From assembly GCA_965262115.1 (NCBI GenBank), contig OZ253496.1, forward strand, positions 2,272,001 to 2,336,000: a stretch of DNA of 64,000 bases, read 5' to 3'. Source of the DNA: Nitrospinales bacterium (GTDB taxonomy: Bacteria > Nitrospinota > Nitrospinia > Nitrospinales > VA-1). Position 1 is the first letter of the stretch. Each line of letters begins with the position of its first letter. The notes beneath the pieces were generated by a model that was not told the DNA's origin, ran no database searches, and saw nothing but the letters and a program-made list of their open reading frames with translations. A program made the position numbers and the translations under genes. This document shows, in pieces, positions 10,896 to 20,637 of the stretch.

Positions 10896-11131
10896 AGCAA
10901 CTGTGTTAAATGTCAAGTGCTGGTAATGAGATTTTCATTCTAGAGTGTTTTTGTTTTGATCATGGTATTGATGATCGTTAATAACTTTCTCATGCATGCG
11001 GTAATGGCAACTTTAAAGGGTTTGCCCTTTTCGATGAGGCGTGTGTAAAAGGTACGAATCACGGGATTATGCTGCATGGAAGTGACGGCGGCCATGTATA
11101 AAGCGGCACGCACATTGGCGCGACCGCCCCA
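10896..11131 (-). mobile_element. 3' fragment of the IS110 element (right end plus transposase C-terminus)
   Basis: reverse complement matches 55024-55259 with 4 substitutions by eye, including TGG->TAG. Confidence 0.93.
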
Positions 11132-12326
11132 TCACGATAATGTCATGGGCTCGGGATGGAACCAGAGCGGTCAAACCCCCAATAAAAATACCCATACTGG
11201 CAAGATGTACAAAGCCGCATAATGCATAAGTTAAAATAGTCACCGACCGCTGGGTAAATGGTGCAGGGTCGGCAATCTGAGCTTCTGCCAGGGCAAAATA
11301 AGCGGATACTTCAGTTTCTATACATCTTGAGCCTAAAATCTGGCCTGCCAGTTGCCATTCTTCGGGGGGTAGTCCCAGGAGAGCAGAAAAAGGTACGGTC
11401 AGCCAGCCCAGTAGACTTTGCACGGAAAAGTTTTGCCCGAACGATTTAGCGAGTGCCAGATCTACCAAAGCTTCCAGGCCGAGTACCACTATCAAAACGG
11501 TGGCAATTCCCACGGCCATTTTAACTCCTTGAGAGCCTCCCTCCACCAGTGCGATCATGAAATTAGAGGGTTTTAGGGTATCGGTATCGGCAGGGGGCAA
11601 TTCCCCCAGCGTTTGGGGTATCATCCGCTCTGGGTATGAAAGTTTGCTGGTAATAACGGCAGAAGGAATGGAAATTAATGAGGCAGAAACGAGATGCCCT
11701 GCGATTTCGGGGAAAATATCGTGCAGGGCGATGACGTAGATTCCCATAACCGTGCTGGCCACGGTTGCCATCATGCAGGTCATCAAGGTGAGTAGTTTAG
11801 AACGGGTCATCTTCATAAGGTAAGGCTGAATGGTCAGGCCAGATTCAATGCCGACAAAAATATTTGCGGCGGCGGATAAAGATTCCGCTCCGGATAAGGC
11901 GAGCAGGCGATAGAAGATGTGAGCGAAAAAGCGGACTACAGCCTGCATGATTCCCAGATAGTACAGTCCTGAAATGGCTGCTGAAAAGAAAATTACGGAA
12001 GGAAGCACTTGAAAAGCGAGGACAAACCCTATTGAAGGTGTGCCATCTGACAAGGTCTGTCCCGGACCCAGGGCAAGGGGACCAAATAGGAATAATGCCC
12101 CTTTCTGGGAAGCGGAGAGGAGGACTACCAGAAAATCATTGACCCACTGTAAAACGGATCGAGACCAGGAAATCCAAAACGTTAGCGTTCCCAAAATCCA
12201 AGCCAGTGCCATGCTTCCCATGATGGTTTTTGTATTGATCTTTTGCCGACTGCCGGTAACCCCGGCCATGAAAGCCACGAGAAAAAAACCGGTCAGTGAA
12301 ATTAAACGGTAAATGCTTTCATCCAT
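11131..12326 (-). pseudogene. nupC: NupC/CNT nucleoside transporter, C-terminus replaced by IS110 sequence
   Basis: FQVLPSVIFFSA, AANIFVG, TYALCGF motifs; the last TM helix is missing and the ORF runs into the IS fragment. Confidence 0.82.
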
Positions 12327-12522
12327 TGATTTCTGAAATACATACGTCAGACATTTTTGAGGTCCCTACCTGTTTTTTATCGGCCAGCAGTGCGGCCCAT
12401 AGGGTACCGTTAATAAAAATTTTTTAAAGTACTTCTGAAGTAATTATGGGGATACCCTTTCGGGCGTAGGCAGGATAATATAGTGAGGAATAGTTATTTA
12501 ATTATTTGGGTGAAAAGAAACT

Positions 12523-13500
12523 TTGAAAAAAAGACCTTTCATAATTTTGCTATGGGCTTTTGCGGCTGGGTTGTTTTATCTTTGCCTGCAGTCGATTGAC
12601 CTGGATCGGGCATGGAACGAATTTGCCCGGGCGGATCCTTTGTGGTTGTTTATTGCTGTTTTTTTCAATGCCTGCATTTTGGGAGTTTGGGCATTGCTCT
12701 GGTACCTTCTCCTGCCGAAAAAAATTTCAGTTCCTTTTGCCAGGATTTTTCAAGCCAACTCATTTATGTCCACATCCTGCAACACCATTCCTTTCCCCGG
12801 GGGGCATGCGGCCGGGGTCATGGCATTAGCTCGAAGGGCGGAGGTGGGGCATACTGTGGCTTTATCAGTATTGGCGCTCGATCAACTCATGGAAGGCTTC
12901 GCCAAAATTTTTGTCCTGACTCTGGTGGCAATTTTTGTTCCTCTTCCAGAGCGAATGGGGCAGGGAATAGTGATTTTTGTAATTGCTATAAGTCTTTTCG
13001 CTTCAATCATGTTTTACCTGGCTCATAAAAAACCGCGTGTCCGGGAGGGGCAAGAAACTATATCTTTTACCGACAAGATCAGGGCTTTTGTGTCACGCTG
13101 GTCTGCTCACCTGGAAGTTTTAAGGAATGTGCGAATCTTCAGTTCAGGACTTTTACTGGCTCTTTTAATGATGTTTGCACAGACTCTGGGAATCTGGGCG
13201 GTACAAAAAAGCCTGGGCTTGGATCTTCCCTTCTGGGCTCCCATTTTGGTCATGGGCGCTTTGAATTTGGCAACGGTTTTGCCGATCACTCCTGGAAACT
13301 TCGGCATCTATGAAGGAACCGCCTTTCTGGTTTATAAATTTTGTGGGCTCGCTCCGGAGTCTGCTTTTAGTTTGGCTCTCCTGCAACATCTTTGTTTTCT
13401 GGTTCCCATGGTGGGGACAGGCTATCTGGTGCTCTTGTTCCTGACCTCTGCTCAAAAGCAGAGCTTAGCGAAAAAAGAGTGGGTCCCAGACGAAACTTAA
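12523..13500 (+). CDS. lysylphosphatidylglycerol synthase TM / flippase-like (UPF0104) membrane protein
   Basis: multi-TM; LPITPGNFGIYE motif. Confidence 0.8.
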   Translation: MKKRPFIILLWAFAAGLFYLCLQSIDLDRAWNEFARADPLWLFIAVFFNACILGVWALLWYLLLPKKISVPFARIFQANSFMSTSCNTIPFPGGHAAGVMALARRAEVGHTVALSVLALDQLMEGFAKIFVLTLVAIFVPLPERMGQGIVIFVIAISLFASIMFYLAHKKPRVREGQETISFTDKIRAFVSRWSAHLEVLRNVRIFSSGLLLALLMMFAQTLGIWAVQKSLGLDLPFWAPILVMGALNLATVLPITPGNFGIYEGTAFLVYKFCGLAPESAFSLALLQHLCFLVPMVGTGYLVLLFLTSAQKQSLAKKEWVPDET

Positions 13501-13799
13501 CTTTCAGCCTGTTTGTCGCTAGAAAAAAAGATTTTTGATTTCCCTACAGAACCCTGAAATATTAACCCTTGGGTCTAAGAACCTTATGGGGGAGGGTGAT
13601 GTTTATAATGATAATCGGAGCTTAATTTTGGTTACGGAAATTTTAAACTCAGGAGCTGTTTCTAAAGGAAATTTTGGACTCTAGAAGGATTGAAATAGTT
13701 CCTAAATAAGTTGAATTTTTGATGGTTATTTATTTTTGGGCAGGTGGCGAATCAGTAAGAAAATCAACATTTAATGTAGAGCCATTCCCCACTATAGAC

Positions 13800-13919
13800 G
13801 AGAGCTTTGCATAACCCAAGATTCTTCGTCACCTTGTTCCTCAGAATGACAAAATGGCCCAGTATTGTCATGCTGAGCTTGTCGAAGCATCTCGATTTTT
13901 CGACTTATGCAAAGGTCTC
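13800..13919. mobile_element. MITE copy 1 (no 40-bp unit inside)
   Basis: ends GAGAGCTTTGCATAA / TTATGCAAAGGTCTC; flanks ACTATAGAC / CCTATAGAT (7/9 match). Confidence 0.85.
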
Positions 13920-14269
13920 CCTATAGATGGGTATAAAATGTTGTTTTGGCTGGGCTGGTGAGGGAAGATTTTTTAACAGTTTTACTTTCCGAGTCAATCT
14001 GCATATCGGATTTTACGTTGCTTAAAGTTAGGCCGAGAATAGTTTTGGTGCTATACTTTTGCCCTAAACGGGGTTTTCGGTGTCAAAATAAATCGGTTTG
14101 TGAGCTTGTTAACTGGATAAATCAATTTTCAAGATTCGCAGTGGGCTAAGGGCTTATTTTTTTAGCTCGGTAAAAACCTTGGCAGAGAATGAGACCCAGG
14201 TAAAAATTGGGAAGGTTCGTTGGATAGCTTGATTGGCCTTGCCGCTAAAAATGTTGGAGGTTAACTGTT

Positions 14270-14470
14270 ATGGCAGAGGGAAAAGTAAAATGGTTTAACG
14301 ATAGTAAGGGTTATGGGTTTATTGAGTCTAGTGATGGGGAAGATTGTTTTGTTCATTTTTCTGAAATTCAGACAGAAGGATTCAAAACCCTTTCTGAAGG
14401 CCAGGCAGTAGAATTCGAAAAGAGCATGGGACAAAAGGGGCCTCAGGCATCCAAAGTAATACCCAAATAG
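14270..14470 (+). CDS. cold-shock protein (CspA family), second paralogue
   Basis: [18 protein letters not shown]...FVHFSEI; GGAGG RBS. Confidence 0.95.
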   Translation: MAEGKVKWFNDSKGYGFIESSDGEDCFVHFSEIQTEGFKTLSEGQAVEFEKSMGQKGPQASKVIPK

Positions 14471-14486
14471 ATTTTGTTTGAGAATT

Positions 14487-14522
14487 AAAGCCAGCGGAGC
14501 ACTGCCCCGCTGGCTTTTTTTT
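14487..14522 (+). terminator. intrinsic terminator
   Basis: AAAGCCAGCGG...CCGCTGGC-T8. Confidence 0.8.
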
Positions 14523-14767
14523 GTCTATTTTCATTCCATTTGTCAGGGAATGGTCTGTTGCCGGGAAATCGAAGGCGGCGCGAAGCAGAAGTCAGTTTGA
14601 ATAGAGGTGCCATTTTAATAATAAATAAAAGTGTAAAAATTTAAAAGTTTTGCCGGCCAACTTCATTTCCCAACAGGGGTCAGTCTGTGTATACTTGCGT
14701 TGGTTTCTTTTGATGTCTTCTATTAAGGTTTTGTGATTTTGCCTCGCTCGCCTTCAACGCTTCGGGT

Positions 14768-17164
14768 ATGAAAACAGTTCTTAGTTGGTGTTTCAATAAA
14801 ATTACCCGCCGTTATCCCGGTACTTTGCTAATTCTGGCGATCCTTTTAAGCGGAATATCCATTTATTGGGCCAGTGGTTTAAGCTTCAATCCCAGGATGG
14901 ATAATCTTCTTCCTCAGGACTTACCGTTAATTAAAGAGTTTAATGAAGTGGTTGCTAAAACAGGCGGGTCCGGTCCGCTTGTGGTTGTCCTGGAGCAGTT
15001 GAATCCCATTCAGGCTCCTGAAGTGATTGGTGAACTGGCACGGGCTCTGCAAAAAGTTCCCGGAACGCATTTCGTTGATTCGCAAGTACCCGAAGAGTTT
15101 TTAAAAAACCGTCAGCTCCTGTTAATTCCGAAGACAGAGTTGCTTCAGCTTGAATCACTGGTCGCGGAAGCGATTGACTATGCACGGGGCCAATTTGGAG
15201 GGTTTTTTGGGGAGGATGAACTTTTCAATCCGGCTAAGCTGCAAACACTTGCTGACCGATACGATATTTTTGAAAACATCGATCCATATCATAAGGGAAA
15301 AAGGAAAAACAATTATTATATCTTTGTCAAACCAAATGGGACGGTCACCGATACAGATTTTACCGAGCAATATGTCCGATCCGTTCAAGAGACGATTGAC
15401 CAGACCGGACTTGAAAAGGATATTCCTGAGCTGACTATCAATCTTACCGGTTCGCTGATTGTGCGGCTGGAAGAAAACCGGTTTATCCGGAATGATCTTA
15501 AGAAATCTGCGGTGCTTGCGGCCTTGTTGGCGAGTTGTATCATCCTTATCTATACCCGATCCTGGTTTTCCATACCACTCATAATTTTCCCCCTATTGCT
15601 GTCGCTGTCTTATACCTTTGCCCTGACGCGTTTGTTCATCGGCCACCTGAATATAATTTCCGGTTTTCTGGTAGCTATATTGATGGGGCTGGGGATCGAT
15701 TATGGCATTCACCTTTATATTCGTTTCAAGCAGGAACTGCTCAAAGGTAAGACCATTGCCGAAGCGACGGAACTGGTTGTGACTCAGGTGGGGCGGTCAG
15801 GGCTGATAGCGATGCTGACCACGATGAGTGTTTTTTCAATCTTAAGTTTCTCGGATTTTCAGGGATTTGCGGAGTTCGGGAAAATTGCCACGCTGGGTAT
15901 CGTCTGTGCTTTTTTTAGCTACTATTTCATTTTTCCGGCACAGGCTTTATTTTATGACAAAATTCATTGGTTGAGAAAGCCTCGGCCCAGGTTGTTCACC
16001 TTTAAAATTTCCAAATTGTATTTCACCACACCCTATTTTATTTCTGCCATGTTCCTCTTCTTAATGGTTGTGAGCTTGTTTCTTCTTCCCGGACTCAGGT
16101 TCGAGTATGACTTTCAGAAACTGAGGGGAGAGTCACCCGCCAGCGAGTATGAGACGGTCACTACAGACGATTTCGGCTATGCTTTTTCACCCACCTTGAT
16201 CCTGACACAGGAAAAGGGAAACCTGTTTGAAATCCATACAGCTCTGGAGGAAATCAAACACAAGGGTGGGAAAAAGACCATCATAGGTCTTCAGTATTCT
16301 TTAAATATATTCAGTCGCGAGGAGTATGAATCGAAGAAGGATGCGATCGCCCGGATTCGAAAAATGTTTTTGGAAAACGAAGATATCATCAAATTTTCGT
16401 TGGGAAATGATCGCTATGAAAATTTTAGAAAGCTGGTCAATGCCGAGCCGTTTGACGAAAACCGGGTGCCCTCTAATTTACAGAAAAAACTTCGCGCTGG
16501 AGATGATTATCTGGTTTTGTTGCTTTCTCCCGCAGATAAAAATTTTTTTCGTGTTGAAAATATTTATCAGTTGGAAAAGGAAGTGGCAGAATTGAAACGC
16601 AGGATGGCTGAAAAAAATATCAAGATTTCTGTGTTAAATGAAAACCTGATCGCCGCTGAAATACTGGATTGGGTCAAGGACAAGGGCCCGGTGGCGATGG
16701 GTGCCGCTTTCGCGTTGGTTTTCCTCATTCTTTTAGTGGACCTTCAGAGTATTCGTTTAGCCGTCATCACTTTCCTGCCTCTTTTTACCGGTCTGGCTTT
16801 GACCGGTGCGCTCATGTCCGTTTTTGATGTGAAGCTGAATTTCATCAACATTGTTATGCTCCCTTCTATCGTGGGAATCATGATTGACCATTGCATATAT
16901 CTCAGTCACCATATCCTGGATTATTCCAAAGGCGCTTCGCTCAAGTCGTTGCAGGAAACAGGAAGCGCCATTATATTATCGGCCTTGACCAGCCTTGTGG
17001 GTTATGCCAGTTTGAATATTGCCCATCATCAAGGGATCAGGTCCATTGCCACGGTGGTGGAGTTGGGGATAATAACCTGCACGATTTGCGCCCTGTTCAT
17101 GCTTCCGGCCTTGTTTGAACTTCGTAAAAGCGGGTCGTCCTTTACCCGTTTTACAAAGGGTTAA
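14768..17164 (+). CDS. MMPL/RND-family transporter (HpnN-like)
   Basis: two TM clusters with GLGIDYGIH and GIMIDHCIY motifs. Confidence 0.85.
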   Translation: MKTVLSWCFNKITRRYPGTLLILAILLSGISIYWASGLSFNPRMDNLLPQDLPLIKEFNEVVAKTGGSGPLVVVLEQLNPIQAPEVIGELARALQKVPGTHFVDSQVPEEFLKNRQLLLIPKTELLQLESLVAEAIDYARGQFGGFFGEDELFNPAKLQTLADRYDIFENIDPYHKGKRKNNYYIFVKPNGTVTDTDFTEQYVRSVQETIDQTGLEKDIPELTINLTGSLIVRLEENRFIRNDLKKSAVLAALLASCIILIYTRSWFSIPLIIFPLLLSLSYTFALTRLFIGHLNIISGFLVAILMGLGIDYGIHLYIRFKQELLKGKTIAEATELVVTQVGRSGLIAMLTTMSVFSILSFSDFQGFAEFGKIATLGIVCAFFSYYFIFPAQALFYDKIHWLRKPRPRLFTFKISKLYFTTPYFISAMFLFLMVVSLFLLPGLRFEYDFQKLRGESPASEYETVTTDDFGYAFSPTLILTQEKGNLFEIHTALEEIKHKGGKKTIIGLQYSLNIFSREEYESKKDAIARIRKMFLENEDIIKFSLGNDRYENFRKLVNAEPFDENRVPSNLQKKLRAGDDYLVLLLSPADKNFFRVENIYQLEKEVAELKRRMAEKNIKISVLNENLIAAEILDWVKDKGPVAMGAAFALVFLILLVDLQSIRLAVITFLPLFTGLALTGALMSVFDVKLNFINIVMLPSIVGIMIDHCIYLSHHILDYSKGASLKSLQETGSAIILSALTSLVGYASLNIAHHQGIRSIATVVELGIITCTICALFMLPALFELRKSGSSFTRFTKG

Positions 17165-17223
17165 GAATCAGGGATTAAATGAAACGCTATTGAAATTTTA
17201 GGGATTTATTAAAAAAAGGTTGA

Positions 17224-17478
17224 ATGATGCGTGTCGGAATTATTTTTGTATTTATTTTATTGGTCGGATGTGCTGAGGACCGCAAGTTCGAAGACTTTAC
17301 CCATGAAGACAGTGGTAAGGCAGAGCAGGAATTCCTGAAAGATTCTATAAAATGTACGGCGGAAAAAGATAAGCACAGCCACAAAATCCAAGGCCGTGAA
17401 TTCGGATTCGAAGGTGAGCATACGGGATACCTGGGTTGCATGAAACTGAAGGGCTGGGACCAGAAAACAACCTCTTGA
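17224..17478 (+). CDS. small lipoprotein
   Basis: LLVGC lipobox; C...YLGCMKLKGW. Confidence 0.65.
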   Translation: MMRVGIIFVFILLVGCAEDRKFEDFTHEDSGKAEQEFLKDSIKCTAEKDKHSHKIQGREFGFEGEHTGYLGCMKLKGWDQKTTS

Positions 17479-17624
17479 TCTATGGGACGGTGTTCCCCCA
17501 TGCTCTTTGAATTATGGCAACGGATTAATGGATCAGGAAGTCTGCGAGAGTAAAGTGAAACCTGCGAGGATCGGGGATTTGGGTTTCATTTGCCGATGGG
17601 TGCCCTTGTGTTGCAGGGCGGTAT

Positions 17625-17843
17625 TTAAGTGGATTTGATTCGATAAAAGGTGTCGCCTAATTGGAAAGGGCTCCCGCTTCTGATGACGCCGCAAAACCTG
17701 TGGACCTGATCATCATCCAGATTTTTCAACACCTGCTCCAGTAACTCCTGATAGGAAATGTCTTCCCAGGAAAAAAAATCTGACGACCGTTCCAGGGAAA
17801 ATCCGGAGATATCTTCCATTTCAATATTATACTTGTCTTTCAT
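17625..17843 (-). CDS. small acidic hypothetical protein
   Basis: 72 aa ORF in an otherwise intergenic gap. Confidence 0.55.
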   Translation of the reverse strand: MKDKYNIEMEDISGFSLERSSDFFSWEDISYQELLEQVLKNLDDDQVHRFCGVIRSGSPFQLGDTFYRIKST

Positions 17844-17992
17844 AATTTTCAGGCTTCTACTTTGTGGCCAGTTTGAACCAGCTTATCATATTTGAAGTTA
17901 GCTATTTCACACAAACGATTTTTCGTGGTTGTTATCCCTTGTGACCTCTGCTATTTTCGCAGGATCACTGAAAACATTGTCCAGGTTTTATT

Positions 17993-18772
17993 ATTCTATT
18001 AGTCATTGATGTGGGCAACTCCAATAATGTGATCGGCTTGTTTTCCGGCAAAAAGCTCCTGACCCATTGGCGAATTCGTACGGAATGGAACCGGACGGCC
18101 GATGAGTATTGGGTTTTGATCAAGGAATTTATCCTGTTGAACAATGTTGAGGCAGAAACAATCGATGATATTGTTATCGCCTGTGTGGTTCCGCCTCTGG
18201 TTCCCATTCTGCAGGACATGGCAAGAAAATATTTTTCCTGCGAGCCTCTGGTGGTGGGGCCAGGTATTAAAACGGGAATTTCCATCCTTTACCGCAACCC
18301 TGCCGAGGTGGGTGCTGACCGGATTGTCAACTCGGTGGCGGCATTCGAGAAATTTGGTGGGCCATTGATCATTGTGGATTTTGGCACCGCCACAACCTTT
18401 GATGTGGTGTCCAAAAAAGGAGAATACTTGGGAGGCGCTATTTGCCCGGGGATTCAGATTTCTCTGGAGGCCCTGTTCAAACACACCGCCAAATTGCCCC
18501 GAATCGATATGATGATTCCGGAAAATGTCATTGGAAAATCAACCGTAGAAAGTATTCGTTCCGGTGCGGTCTATGGTTTTACGGGAATGATCGAAGCTCT
18601 GGTTCGGCAAATCAAAAGTGAATTGGGGCAGAACGCCCATGTGGTGGCTACAGGGGGAATCGTTGACTGGATTGCCTCAAAAACAACGGTTATTGATACG
18701 CTTGATCCATTTTTAACTTTGGAGGGTTTGCGGATCATTTATGAAAAAAATCTTCCGGAGAAGCTGAACTAG
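17993..18772 (+). CDS. coaX: type III pantothenate kinase (probable ATT start)
   Basis: (M)LLVIDVGNSN, GADR, VDFGTATTFD, GGAICPG, ATGG; in-frame TGA at 17969 and no ATG/GTG/TTG before the DxGN motif. Confidence 0.9.
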   Translation: MLLVIDVGNSNNVIGLFSGKKLLTHWRIRTEWNRTADEYWVLIKEFILLNNVEAETIDDIVIACVVPPLVPILQDMARKYFSCEPLVVGPGIKTGISILYRNPAEVGADRIVNSVAAFEKFGGPLIIVDFGTATTFDVVSKKGEYLGGAICPGIQISLEALFKHTAKLPRIDMMIPENVIGKSTVESIRSGAVYGFTGMIEALVRQIKSELGQNAHVVATGGIVDWIASKTTVIDTLDPFLTLEGLRIIYEKNLPEKLN

Positions 18773-18868
18773 GAGGCAAACACAGGCTATGGCAGACTTA
18801 AGATTTGCAGTTAGAGGAGGAGACTGAAACCTGAAAAGTCTGAAATAACCTGTGTTTAAGGATTTTCG

Positions 18869-19117
18869 TTAGGCTTTTATAGCCCGAGAGCCCTTGCGGA
18901 TTAACAAGCGCACCATCCGGGGACCGTCTTCGATATCCGAAATTTTATAGCCTTGGCCTTCAGCCCATTTGGAAAAGGCCTCAGTTAAATTTCTTTTTTT
19001 ATCGATAATAAGTTCCAGGATCCCGTTTTTTTTAACACGGCTGAACTCTTTCGATGCTAATTGCAATGCGCTGAAAAATGAAAGTCCGCGTATATCGATT
19101 GTTTTGAATGTTTCCAT
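18869..19117 (-). CDS. TusA/SirA-like protein
   Basis: IDIRGLSF...WAEGQGY...LLIRK; lacks the canonical CPxP cysteine. Confidence 0.7.
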   Translation of the reverse strand: METFKTIDIRGLSFFSALQLASKEFSRVKKNGILELIIDKKRNLTEAFSKWAEGQGYKISDIEDGPRMVRLLIRKGSRAIKA

Positions 19118-19458
19118 CTATTGTTCTCCCATTTTCATCCCAAGCCTTGATCTGCCTGGACAGTCTTTAATCATTAATTTAAGGTATTTTATAAAACCAA
19201 GATTAAGGAACTGTTAATCTGGAATTAATTTTTTTTAATTTTTCGGGCAAAATCCTCTTGGAAGTCGGAGTGGTTTTTGAATTTTAAAGAGTTATTGGAT
19301 TTTAGAGGCTGGCAGAGAAAAGCGACAAATGGACTCGCGAAAGTGGGAGCTTTTCCGACCCGTTTTCCGTTGAGCTTCTGAAAGACAAGCTGTTAGTATG
19401 AATAATGTTTCACGCTATTTAGAGTGAGCTGTTTTTTTAAAGCATTCAGGAGAAATTA

Positions 19459-20403
19459 ATGGGTATCGAACGAGGTGGAGATTCGGAGTATGAAGAGTAC
19501 AAACCTTCTTTTGAGGAGAAAACGGAAAAATGGCAGAAGACTCTTCAGTCAATGTTGGAGGAAGAGCCGGACTCACTCAAACTTTCGGGGAAATATATTT
19601 CCAACGATGATGTGAAAATCATTTGTGATTATGAGGGACTCAAAAAGGTCCGGGTTCTCGATCTTGCCGACAATCAGATCAGTGACGAGGCGTTGCTTTT
19701 TCTTTTTGAGTCGGAAAATTTAGCTCAACTTGAGGAACTCTATTTGGGCATCAATTTCCTGACCGGTCAGGGGCTTACGGATGTCGCCCAATCCAATAAG
19801 ATCGAACTGAAAAATCTGAAAACACTGGTTATTTCCGATAACCGCCTTACCGATTCTTCCGTGGCGGATTTTTTCCGGTCTGAAAATTTCCCCAATCTGG
19901 AATCTTTGGATGTGGGGTGGAATGAGGTTGGCAACGAAACGGCCAAAGTGCTTGGGGAGACAACGTCCTTTTCCGGATTGAAGAAGCTGATACTTGAGCG
20001 CAGTTATATTGAGATCGAAGGCCTGAAAGAAATGGTTCAGGGAGACCTTATGGAGCAATTGCAGGAACTGAATCTTTCAGCGAATAAGCTGAAGGACGAA
20101 GGGGTTGAGGTTCTTGCATTGGCTCCGAAATGGAAGGCTCTCAAGGTTTTGCGGCTTTCGCAGAATATGTTTGGCGATAAAGGTGCGAAGGCCCTGGGGG
20201 AATCGGCCTCGCTGGCCGGGTTGGCGCATCTTTATGCCGGAAGAAACTATTTTGGCAACGAAGGAGCGCAGGCGATCCATGAAAGTAAAACCCTGACCAA
20301 CCTCAAAACGCTGGTGCTAAAAGAAGGTGTGGAGGAAGATGCTGGACTGGTCAATTACTCGCGCCCGGAACTGCTTCGCCCCGATGACCCCAACTCCATT
20401 TAA
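19459..20403 (+). CDS. leucine-rich repeat protein (RI-like)
   Basis: repeated LxxLxLxxNxIxDxG units. Confidence 0.88.
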   Translation: MGIERGGDSEYEEYKPSFEEKTEKWQKTLQSMLEEEPDSLKLSGKYISNDDVKIICDYEGLKKVRVLDLADNQISDEALLFLFESENLAQLEELYLGINFLTGQGLTDVAQSNKIELKNLKTLVISDNRLTDSSVADFFRSENFPNLESLDVGWNEVGNETAKVLGETTSFSGLKKLILERSYIEIEGLKEMVQGDLMEQLQELNLSANKLKDEGVEVLALAPKWKALKVLRLSQNMFGDKGAKALGESASLAGLAHLYAGRNYFGNEGAQAIHESKTLTNLKTLVLKEGVEEDAGLVNYSRPELLRPDDPNSI

Positions 20404-20637
20404 ACGCTCAACCTCACCTCAGCCTCCCTCGCAAGATGCTTCGATGTACCCCATGCCCTGCAAGGGTAAGCCATATGCACATTAAGTCCAGCGTCACGCT
20501 GGCTTGCACGGTTACCGCAGCCATCCTCTAAAAAAATAAATTATCTTTATTTTCAAGGTGTTACAGATTATTATTAGTTCGGAAAATCTAATATTTTTTA
20601 CTCCACATCAATTTTTCCAATCAATAAGGGGAAGTTA

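Noticed and set aside
11067..11130. nupC C-terminal tail RSRQCACRFIHGRRHFHAA
   Set aside because: It is IS110 sequence read in another frame.
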